DNA from: a virus
Strand: one strand, 5' to 3'
DNA length: 64,000 bases
IMG/VR virus record: IMGVR_UViG_3300029566_000004
Shown: piece by piece, positions 49,717-58,387 of the stretch
Layout: every line of letters starts with the position of its first letter
How positions within the stretch are numbered: position 1 is the first letter of the stretch
Made by a program: the position numbers and the translations under genes
The notes under the pieces: model-generated
What the model was told of the DNA's origin: nothing
Seen by the model: only the letters and a program-made list of their open reading frames with translations
Database searches by the model: none

Positions 49717-49962
49717 GTGCCAACTTCTATTATTCCAACAACGATACCTATTAAATTTATTACAACTTCAGCAGCTAATTTAAATGATATTAATATAGTG
49801 GCTGGCCAAATTATTTATACTACTGAAGGCAATATTTATTATGATCAATCAAATTTATCGCGTGTACGCATGACTATTGAACCTACTTTTACAGTTGAAA
49901 ATAATTCAACAACATTAATAATTGGAATGCCTACACATACTCCTCCAGTAGTTACCAAATAA
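49717..49962 (+). CDS. Small fibre-associated protein (about 81 aa)
   Basis: An AAGGGAG RBS lies 9 nt before the GTG at 49717 (the track start TTG at 49708 abuts the RBS). TAA at 49960. Confidence 0.45.
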   Translation: MPTSIIPTTIPIKFITTSAANLNDINIVAGQIIYTTEGNIYYDQSNLSRVRMTIEPTFTVENNSTTLIIGMPTHTPPVVTK

Positions 49963-49970
49963 ATAAAAAA

Positions 49971-49998
49971 AGGGACGTAGATAAAAATCTACGTCCCT
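49971..49998. terminator. Bidirectional rho-independent terminator where the plus and minus gene arrays converge
   Basis: AGGGACGTAGAT-aaaa-ATCTACGTCCCT (12-bp stem) is flanked by an A-run on the left and a T-run on the right, so each strand sees hairpin plus U-run. Confidence 0.8.
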
Positions 49999-50010
49999 TA
50001 TTTTATTTAC

Positions 50011-50406
50011 TTATTTATTCTCACGTACTTTAGCTTCAATTAAAACTTTAATATAGCTTTCTAAGTCGCCATATACTTCGTTTAAATATGTTTTAGCTTC
50101 GTCAGTCAAATTATTAAGTACTGCTGTATACGCCATGGTAAAAGCTTCTTTCTATGCTTCTGCTGTAAAGGCATTTTTACCCTTGAGCGCATCAACATAT
50201 GTCTAGTTTACAGCAATAACTGCATTGGTTACCGTGTCGGTAAGCATTGCAATATATTTCTTTGATAGCTCATTATCAGCATTTGCTGCAAGTGTTGCTG
50301 ATTTAGTTCTAATCCATTGAATTATAAATGGGACTAAAACACCTAACAAAGGAATAATACACATTTCAAAAATCTTACCCAAAAGTTCAACTATTTCTGT
50401 TGGCAT
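50011..50406 (-). CDS. Holin, LL-H-like family (131 aa)
   Basis: A GAGGTGA RBS precedes the ATG at 50406. One N-terminal transmembrane segment (IFEMCIIPLLGVLVPFIIQWI). In-frame TAGs at 50203-50205 and 50152-50154. AVN-[TAG]-TYVDALKGK matches the A-x-E-Q-T region typical of this family. TAA at 50011-50013. Confidence 0.65.
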
Positions 50407-50421
50407 ATATATCACCTCAAC

Positions 50422-50913
50422 TTATTTTAAATTTGCTCGATACTTAACTTCTACTAAATTATAAAGATCGTCGCCATCATGATTTCCGTGTAATGCATTA
50501 TAAATTCGATGCTCGTTTGTAATGTGTTCAAATTCTTTTAGTGTAATTTCATGATCATTCTCTAATAAAGCACGACATTCTTCTTTAAATTGACGTCCTT
50601 GAATAGATAATATACCTTCTGTTAAAGTTGTTAAATTATTTTGATTATTTATAATCTAAGCATGAATTGCTTTATTTTCAGCGGCAACTTTATTTTCATC
50701 CTCTTGGATTATTTTTAGTATAGAACGCTAATAATCATCTAAAATTGTCTTTATATTTTCAGCAATTTCTTTATTCATTTGCTCTTGACGGTCTTCAGTC
50801 CTTTTTTTACGTTGTTTATACATAAGTGTTACACCAGTGACAATACCACTTGCAATTAAACCAAATACGAACTCAAGCCAATATTTGATGATAAATTCCC
50901 AGATAGCATTCAC
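50422..50913 (-). CDS. Membrane-anchored protein next to the holin (163 aa); possible lysis accessory
   Basis: A GGAGGA RBS precedes the GTG at 50913. N-terminal transmembrane segment. TAGs at 50728-50730 and 50656-50658. TAA at 50422-50424. Confidence 0.5.
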
Positions 50914-51007
50914 TTAGATAATCCTCCTTTCTATATAATGATATTTTTTATCTGTCAATTATTATGAAAATTATTTTAATAAAATAAAAGAATGTTGGCC
51001 TTGAAGG

Positions 51008-51481
51008 TTAAGACCAATCAAAGCCAACATTGTTCTTTACATATGCAGCACCTATACAGATAGCGTCACTTTCATCTTCAGATACTTTTTTATTATAGTG
51101 ATTTAAGACATATTGCTATGCGTTTTTTTTCTATATTCCACGCTCTTTTCCTTTAATGCCAAGTACTGAACGCCAATGCGCGCAAGTATAAATTATATAA
51201 TTTTTACCGAATAGTTCAACAGCTAATTCTTCTAATACTCCAAGAACTTTGCCTAAAATTTTATAAGTTTGTGGATCTTGCTATAACTATATATCTTCTA
51301 ATATCATAAATTCTATTTGATACTATTGGCATAACTATTGTACTGACTATCGTAAAATCTAAAGACGCGTACCCAAATGCTCATTAGTCAATTTAATAGT
51401 ACCACTTGCAATTAATTTATCTCCATCAAAAATACTATATCCTGTTACATGACTTGCCTAATCGAGTGCAAGGATTCTCAA
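51008..51481 (-). CDS. ruvC: RuvC-like Holliday junction resolvase (157 aa)
   Basis: The translation gives RILALD-Q-ASHVTGYSIFDG...ILEDI-Q-L-Q-QD...SEDESDAICIGAAY, which fits the RuvC fold with acidic catalytic residues. Nine in-frame TAGs. The start is probably the TTG at 51481, overlapping the dUTPase stop. Confidence 0.7.
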
Positions 51482-52020
51482 TGACTAGACCCAAAGCCCC
51501 CGATACGCTCCTTCTCGGCAACGTCATCTTCGGTCTTTATATATTTTTTAATTATTCCTTGCCCAATATAATCACCCTTTTGGATGATAATAGGAATTGG
51601 CGAGAAATTAATTAATTGGAAAAAAATTTCCCCCTCATTATCAGGATTGTTATAATAGTCAGCATCCACAATGCCGACTGCATTAGCCATTACAAGCCAA
51701 TGTTTATGAGGGAGAGAGCTACGAGCCATGATTTCAAGATATTCATCATCAGCTAACTTCACTTTCATTCCAGTAGACACTAATACAGGACGAGCATCTG
51801 CGGATTTTGTTAAGGTAGCCATTTGTGCCATGGTTAATTCAGGAGCGGCGATAGGGTTGCGATCCCATTCATGTTTCATGTCATATACCAAGCGTTCATA
51901 TGGAGGGATAATTTTCTCTTCTGCTGCTTGAAAATCATAACCGGCCGAACATTTAGTTGCCCGCGCGGGTAAAATCAAATTAGCATTATCAAAACGACTT
52001 ACAACTTCAAATTTTGCCAT
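51478..52020 (-). CDS. dut: dUTPase (180 aa)
   Basis: An AGGAGAG RBS precedes the ATG at 52020. dUTPase motifs are present (SAGYDF, GIVDADY, RIGGFGSS). No TAG. TGA stop. Confidence 0.8.
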   Translation of the reverse strand: MAKFEVVSRFDNANLILPARATKCSAGYDFQAAEEKIIPPYERLVYDMKHEWDRNPIAAPELTMAQMATLTKSADARPVLVSTGMKVKLADDEYLEIMARSSLPHKHWLVMANAVGIVDADYYNNPDNEGEIFFQLINFSPIPIIIQKGDYIGQGIIKKYIKTEDDVAEKERIGGFGSSH

Positions 52021-52039
52021 AATATACTCTCCTAAATTA

Positions 52040-52297
52040 TCAAAAGTTGGGTTCATTACCATAAGAATAAGAAATAGTTGTAATACCATCAGGTTCTTTT
52101 TCATCATTGAATAAACGATTAAGTGTAACACGATACCAAGTATCAATTATTTCTCCTTTAGCTTTGCGTTCACGATATTCACAATTGTACTTAATAAGGT
52201 CACCTTTTCCATCTGCTTTTGCGGCCTCTATTAATTGTTTGGCAGCGTCTTCGTTAGGAACTCGATATATTTCTTGCGTTTTTAATAAATAATTCAT
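52040..52297 (-). CDS. Hypothetical protein (85 aa)
   Basis: Intact ORF with an AAGGAG RBS and no TAG. Confidence 0.55.
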   Translation of the reverse strand: MNYLLKTQEIYRVPNEDAAKQLIEAAKADGKGDLIKYNCEYRERKAKGEIIDTWYRVTLNRLFNDEKEPDGITTISYSYGNEPNF

Positions 52298-52306
52298 ATT
52301 AACTCC

Positions 52307-52570
52307 TTAAATAATTTCAATGTGCAGAGGAGGATGCCCTGCATAATATTCTTTACTGATGGCGAGTGCGTCACCAGCAATTTTGCTTGCTAACTCTCGA
52401 GGAGCAGCAACTACGATTGTATCACAATGATAAGTATAATAGAAAGCACAAAGTATTGTGCCGAGATCATATATCTTACTATATGCGATTAATGTTGGAT
52501 GCTCATTATTATCAACTAAATAAATAGCCTACATATTAGAACCAATTTGTACTTCAGTTGTTATTTTCAT
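52307..52570 (-). CDS. Hypothetical protein (87 aa)
   Basis: The ATG at 52570 overlaps the upstream stop (TAATG). One TAG at 52529-52531. TAA at 52307-52309. Confidence 0.45.
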
Positions 52571-53094
52571 TATGCCACCCCATTTATAATACCTTGTTTG
52601 TAATCAAAGAAAACATAGCAATAAGTACCTTCATCATTTGTAATCCAGATTTCAGCCGTCCAAGTATCTTCATTTACAGTAATATCTTTAATTTCACCTA
52701 GATTTTCAATAACTTCCATAAAGATATCACTTAATTCTTCATTACTATAATCATCATGATGGAAAATAGTAATGTAACGACGTTCCCAGCATATAAGAGC
52801 CCAATAATTTTGTTCAGGCATACCCGGATCCATAGTTGCGCCAAACATACGATAAATATCTGTCTGTGCCTTGCGCAACTGTTCATCTGTCATTGGTTTT
52901 AATTGTGCAAAAATACTAGAATTTAAATCTGCTAAAGTAATTGTGAACTCACCGCCATCCAATTTTACTGGTTCCCAACTACCATTTTTACATTGATACA
53001 TTTTCTTATCTTCTTCCACAAGCGCATATTCATTTTCCATGTTCTCACGATATGGAAGAGCATCTAATATTTTTTTTGTTTTAATATTTAACAT
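52570..53094 (-). CDS. Hypothetical protein (174 aa)
   Basis: Intact ORF with an AAGGGAG RBS and no TAG. Confidence 0.6.
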   Translation of the reverse strand: MLNIKTKKILDALPYRENMENEYALVEEDKKMYQCKNGSWEPVKLDGGEFTITLADLNSSIFAQLKPMTDEQLRKAQTDIYRMFGATMDPGMPEQNYWALICWERRYITIFHHDDYSNEELSDIFMEVIENLGEIKDITVNEDTWTAEIWITNDEGTYCYVFFDYKQGIINGVA

Positions 53095-53142
53095 ATATTT
53101 ACTCCCTTACTATTCTATATATATTATACCATAAAATATTTT

Positions 53143-53604
53143 TCATTTCTACTCGTCATATACTTTAGCAGTGTTAATTAATATACGTTTTAATTGTGGA
53201 TCCATACTAAATCTATTAGCATTTTTTTCAATACTTTTTAATAGGTTACCATCTAACTGACGCTCGGAAGCAGCCTTCCAGTCGCAAAACATTTCAACAA
53301 TATCAATTAAATTCATATCATCAATACTATTATCAAAATGCTCTGGATGATGCCTATATTGAGCATAATGGTGTTGAAGCGCACCATTCATTTTTTCTAA
53401 GCATTCGCGATACTCCGGACTATCATAAGTTAATTCGGAAAGCTTAGGCGTATATTCTGTAAAGACTTCAAGCTCAGGGTTTTCGAGTTTAGCTCTATCA
53501 TGTTCAAGTCCACGAGCATATAGCTTATTAATAAATAGCTATATATACTCGCGCACTTTTTCAATATGTTTATAGGTTTCAACTTTACATTCAGCTTGTG
53601 TCAT
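53143..53604 (-). CDS. Conserved phage protein (153 aa), resembles the DUF5662 family
   Basis: The ATG at 53604 lies 1 nt after the nrdJ stop. One internal TAG at 53539-53541. The C-terminus reads ...VYDE-TAG-AAA-TGA, with the real stop at TGA 53143-53145. Confidence 0.5.
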
Positions 53605-53605
53605 A

Positions 53606-54816
53606 TTAACCACACTTACTATATCCACAGTCAATACATGTTACACAACCCATTTCATGTTTTAGATCTGCACCGCATTGAGGACATTTTTCTTCTAATA
53701 GAGTTTGAGTCTTTACTTTATGTTCATTATTAAATTTTTCCCACATTTCCATTAACGCATTTCCGATGGCGACAGGGCAGCATGAACCCGGAGATACGTC
53801 ATTCTTTGTAGCGCGGCGCACCGCATAACTAGGACAGGTTCCACTGCTCTTAAGCTGATCAACAATTTCTTCAATAGGAGTACCATTGCGCGCAGCCAGA
53901 CTAATCATACGCGAAAGTCCAATCATAAAGTTGTTGCATCCACCGGTACTTCCTTTGCTTAAATAAGTATTACGCAAATTGCCATCTTTATCAAAGAAAG
54001 CAGTTATATGTAGTGAACCACATCCAGTAGTTAAATGATGTTCCATACCTAAGCAATCAGAAGTGCCTTTCTTCGAAACTATCTTTTTAATCTTAGGTTC
54101 TTCGACCGCAGTTTCAGATTTCTTTTCTCCTGAAGTAGCGTTAAGAATAGCCGTGCGCGCACATCCAGCACGAAAGACTGTAATACCCTTTAAGCCATGC
54201 GACCATGCATTCATATAAATGTCGCGTACGTCATCAACCGTTGCTTCATTGGGAAGATTAACCGTTGATGAAATACTTGCATCTATGTGTGCCTGCCAGG
54301 TGCTTTGCATCTTGATACGATTAATGGGTTCAAGTTCAGCAGAAGTAATAAACCATTCAGGTAAGTCCGCATCATCTTTAATGCCATGGGCATCCATGTA
54401 TTCTTTAACTATTGGAGTATATACTTTGTAGGTTACGTCCTTACCATGTAAAGACTTCGTAGTACGAGTATAATAATTAGCAAAAATGGGTTCAATGCCT
54501 CCTGAAATGCCCAGCATGGTGGACAACGTGCCTGTAGGCGCAATGGTTAATAATTGACTATTATATAGACCAGCGCTTTTAAATCCGTTAATTGCTAATC
54601 CATTTGGATTGTAGTGTCGCTGAATAAAAGATGAATTTATTACTTCGGGAATATATTTAGGATATGGCGTGCCATGTTCAGCTGCCAATTTGCTGCTTGT
54701 TGCAATAGCGGTACGCGCCAATAAAGTACCAATTTCATCACTAATTGTAAGGGCTGCTTTGGAACCATAAGTAATTTGCATTTTAATCAATGCATCAGCA
54801 AGACCCATGATACCTA
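53606..54816 (-). CDS. nrdJ: Class II (B12-dependent) ribonucleotide reductase, exon 3
   Basis: Begins ..G(L)GIMGLADAL and contains TIAPTGT. Ends in a Cys-rich zinc-finger tail (CPQCG...CVTCIDCGYSKCG). No TAG. TAA at 53606. Confidence 0.8.
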
Positions 54817-55752
54817 CATTAAATCTAATTATTTCTAATTAGAATGGACTATCTCTTCAATATTTATTATTGTTTTGCACTTCGAATAGTAACTCATCTT
54901 CTATTCTACTGGGCTACACTCATCACCCATAGTCTCTACACCTTTTTTAAATATATTTCCATTTATAACCAAAAGCTTTTTTGCTATCTTTGCATCTTTT
55001 ACAAATATCTGAACTAGGAGTTTGACTAACTGTTAAATGCTATTTTATACACCAATCACCAGCTTCTTTTAAACTGTTGAAAATTTTAATTATTTTATAA
55101 TCGTCTGTACACATAGCTACTTTTTTACTATTTTTTTCCCTTATTTTATTTTTAGTTTCTTCTGTGTGGTGATGATTATAAAAAGGATTTTTTTCTCCTG
55201 TTCTTAATGATGCAATTTTTGATATTTTTTCTTTTGTTTTTTCATTATGCCTATGACCATAAAAAGGATTATTTTCTCCATAAAGTTTTTCTCCCCCATC
55301 GGTCATATTATATCCATTTGGCATTTTTGAATTAAAATATTTTATATAATACTATTCTAATTCTAATAATTTTTCTTTATCATCTTCATATACAACAACT
55401 TCATATTTAAAATTTTCCCAACCATATTTTTTAATTGCTCGCCCTAATAAAGTATTATGATTTATATCATCATTTTTATGTCGGCGCATTCTTTCTTTTA
55501 AAGTAGCTGTAGTATATCCGATGTACAGTTTATTATTTATTATATTGGTTATTTTATAGATACATCCCATATTATCACTTCCTTTGAAATATAGGAAATA
55601 TATTTAAAACTTGGCACGGTATTATCATATCCTTTTTATAGGACTTAGACTCCCTTACCCATAATATAATTACTTATTTCTGGACCGTTAGCCGAATAAT
55701 CGACACCCCTGAGTAATAGGGTTCACAAAATTTTAATTGACCTAGATTTTTA
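54817..55752 (-). mobile_element. Group I intron 2 in nrdJ (936 nt) carrying a GIY-YIG endonuclease
   Basis: Minus-strand elements GTAGAGACTATG (54939..54928) and AAGAGATAGTCC (54857..54846), then a TAATTA-gaaa-TAATTA hairpin. The 5' exon ends in U (55753) and the intron ends in G (54817). Splicing restores ...RQIGLGIMGLADAL. Confidence 0.75.
54947..55570 (-). CDS. GIY-YIG homing endonuclease (207 aa), intron-encoded
   Basis: The motif GCIYKITN...KLYIGYT is present. TAGs at 55352-55354 and 55040-55042 are in frame. Reading through them gives LELE-Q-YYIKYF..GYN..GG and a C-terminal ...KAFGYKWKYI tail. TAA at 54947. Confidence 0.75.
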
Positions 55753-56305
55753 AGCCAATTTGACGCCAATCGCGCACACTATCTCTTTGCTCTTGCAGAG
55801 GATGACGATACAGTCCCTCATCTAAAACATCGTTAAGTGCACGCACTGCAACATCAACTGCCCGTTCAAATTCTTTCCATTGAAATTCTCCATTTACAAC
55901 AAACGCAGCCAAATTTAATGAACCAAGTAAACAACTGCCGCCAGCGGGCAGTGGCTCTTCGGCGCAGGGATTAGTTCCAGCATATTCAAAATCCGGATGA
56001 GTATTTAGCATATTTTCTTGTTCAATTCTATCCCAAAACAAAATACCTGGCTCTGCATAATTCCAATTTTGTTCACAAAGCAAATTAAATAAATCTTTTG
56101 CTTTTACGGTTTTACTAATTACTTCACCTGTTTCAGGTCGAGTAAAACTTAATTCCCAATCGTTATCATGTTGTACAGCGGTCATAAAGTCATCAGTTAC
56201 GCGTACAGAAATGTTAGCATAATTAACTTTATTTAAGTCACTTTTGATTGTGATAAACTTTTCAATATCGGGATGGTCGCATCGCATGGAAATCATTAAA
56301 GCCCC
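55753..56305 (-). CDS. nrdJ: Class II ribonucleotide reductase, exon 2
   Basis: Contains GALMISMRCDHPDIEKF and the active-site TNPCAEEPL. No TAG. Confidence 0.8.
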
Positions 56306-57286
56306 CATAGTGGACTATATCTTATTTATTATATAATAATAAACTCGGGCGCTAATACGGTCTTATTGTTTCCTCAACCGTTAGTCTCTACACCTTCTAC
56401 TGCTTTTTCTTCAGTAGCTTGGCTCGGGGTTGTTGGGCCTTCCCCGAATTCACCCAATTCAAGACGCAGGGCTTGTGCTTTATCGTATTTTCTTTTTAGA
56501 ATAATAAAACTATCGTTTGGATAAATAAAATTTAAAAACTTTAATACATCTTCTCTATTGGCGAATTCTAATACGAAACAATTTTCATTAGACTTTGGTC
56601 TAATAATTGTTGAAATTGCGCATTGTTTTAATAAAATTTGTTGGATTCCTTCAAGTATTTTTAACGAAGAAGTAAAAGAGATTTTTTGCCATAATCTATT
56701 TCGGTCTTTTCTTCTACCCCATGTTAAACATCCGTCTCCATCAAAAAATCCTTGTACCAAATATTTTTCTAAATTTTTAGGAATAATGGGACAATGTTTA
56801 TTTTCTTTTGAAGAACAATGCTTATTAAAATCAGTAATTAAATCTAAATTACCAATAGTAATTCTAGCGCGAGGAAAACGTTTGGTTTTTGGAATATAGG
56901 TTAAATCTTCTGTATAATTTGCTCCAATGTATTCTGCAATAAATTGTAATATCTTTTTATCTTCTAAACAACACCCAAATTCAACTACATTATCATTGAT
57001 GTATCCATCTGCTAAAGCATAGCCAATAATATAAGCTTTTTCTGGAGTATCAATTTTATTAAACATTTTTGGGTTTTTATATTTAGGTTTTTTATATTTA
57101 GACTTGTCATTTAACCCATATTTAGTAATCCAATATTCAATAGTTGATTTTGCTTTTCCAACAATCTTTGCAATTTCTTGTTGTGTTAATCCTTTTTCTA
57201 AATATTTTTCTAATAGTTTTCTATTCACAGAAAGAGCCTCCTACTCTATATATTTTCGGAAACTTACAATTTAATTAAGCAAGTTT
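56306..57286 (-). mobile_element. Group I intron 1 in nrdJ (981 nt) carrying a LAGLIDADG endonuclease
   Basis: Minus-strand elements GTAGAGACTAAC (56391..56380) and AAGATATAGTCC (56323..56312). The 5' exon ends ...CGT (57287) and the intron ends in G (56306). Splicing restores ...GQNGRR|GALM. Confidence 0.75.
56374..57228 (-). CDS. LAGLIDADG homing endonuclease (284 aa), intron-encoded
   Basis: Two LAGLIDADG-type motifs (YALADGYIND and GFFDGDGC) plus an N-terminal HTH. No TAG. The TGA stop lies just 3' of the intron R element, so the ORF end overlaps it. Confidence 0.8.
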   Translation of the reverse strand: MNRKLLEKYLEKGLTQQEIAKIVGKAKSTIEYWITKYGLNDKSKYKKPKYKNPKMFNKIDTPEKAYIIGYALADGYINDNVVEFGCCLEDKKILQFIAEYIGANYTEDLTYIPKTKRFPRARITIGNLDLITDFNKHCSSKENKHCPIIPKNLEKYLVQGFFDGDGCLTWGRRKDRNRLWQKISFTSSLKILEGIQQILLKQCAISTIIRPKSNENCFVLEFANREDVLKFLNFIYPNDSFIILKRKYDKAQALRLELGEFGEGPTTPSQATEEKAVEGVETNG

Positions 57287-57736
57287 ACGTCTGCCATTTT
57301 GTCCAATTTGTTCGGTCACTTGTGAGAAAGTGTCCATGAAAGAAACAGCGCCACTTGTTGTTTTGGCTTGATTATGAACTCTTGCACCTGCTGGAGCCAA
57401 TTTACTAATATCAATGCCGCATCCTCCACCATATGAATAAGTACGTGCCAACTTTTTACAAGTTTCATAAATACTTTCAATGGAGTCCTCTGGAGGACTA
57501 ATAACATAACAATTACTATATGTTACTCGCTCTATCTGCTCACTTACATTTCGGTTAGAAAGAATACGACCACCAAATAAAAATTTCTTATCAATAATTA
57601 ATTGTTTTACTTCTTCATGACCATTACTAATACGGTCTAACCATTGGTCAAAACTTTCATCACCACGACGATATTTTTTCTCCCATATATCAATACCGAG
57701 AGTATTATTTTCGCCTAACCAATCTTGTATTGTCAT
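57287..57736 (-). CDS. nrdJ: Class II ribonucleotide reductase, exon 1
   Basis: An AAAGGAG RBS precedes the ATG at 57736. The motif YSYGGGCGIDISKLAPAGARV is present. The three exons total 2214 nt, 738 codons including the stop. Confidence 0.8.
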
Positions 57737-57805
57737 AAGTTACTCCTTTATCTAAATGTAGTATGGTGTGGGGATACACCTACTATATATGGATTTTATA
57801 ATAAT

Positions 57806-58387
57806 TTATTTAATGTAATTTACCCAATCATCTATGTATCCTTTAAGTACTTCAGCTTCTTCTTCAGTAGTTAAAGAACCATCAGTTCGCATAATGATTG
57901 TATTCTCTCTATTTGAAATATCGAATTCAGAGAAATCAAATCGGTCAGTATTATACCGCCTTAATACTTCTTCCACATCTGGAGTATTCTCTCGTGAAAG
58001 CTGGCGTATGAGCCGTATATGGTCTGGGCAATCGCACATAATTAATAAGACATTTAAAAAGTCATGACTATCAAGAGCTTCCACCCCAGCAGGATTGAAG
58101 ACTCCAAAGTTTAATTTATCTTCGGCTAAATCAAGAACACTTGTGCCATATACCCAGCCATTAAATTCAGCTGCTTCAAGCATCTTACCTTCTTCAATTA
58201 GTTGAATAAATTCATCTCTGGTTATAAAATGATAATCTTTACCATCTACTTCATAATCTCTTGGTGGACGCGTAGTATAACTTACTTTTATGTGCGCTTC
58301 TGGATATATTTTTGCAAGGGCTTGGAGCAGCGCATCTTTGCCTGCTCCAGCCTTACCACATATCGCAACTATATTATACTTCTTCAT
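57806..58387 (-). CDS. gmk: Guanylate kinase-like nucleotide kinase (193 aa)
   Basis: P-loop GKAGAGKD plus the TTRPPRDYEVDGKDYHFI motif. Overlaps the polymerase 3' end by 14 nt. No TAG. Confidence 0.7.
   Translation of the reverse strand: MKKYNIVAICGKAGAGKDALLQALAKIYPEAHIKVSYTTRPPRDYEVDGKDYHFITRDEFIQLIEEGKMLEAAEFNGWVYGTSVLDLAEDKLNFGVFNPAGVEALDSHDFLNVLLIMCDCPDHIRLIRQLSRENTPDVEEVLRRYNTDRFDFSEFDISNRENTIIMRTDGSLTTEEEAEVLKGYIDDWVNYIK

Noticed and set aside
1569-49962. Interpreting the fragmented plus-strand ORFs as a decayed or pseudogenised prophage
   Set aside because: The interruptions are exclusively TAG and never shift the frame. TAA and TGA appear only at gene ends. Coupled starts and RBSs are intact.
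53606-57736. Inteins, rather than introns, in nrdJ (and likewise in terL)
   Set aside because: The inserts contain stops in the host-gene frame. The endonuclease ORFs have their own RBS and frame. Group I core elements and U...G splice-site rules fit.
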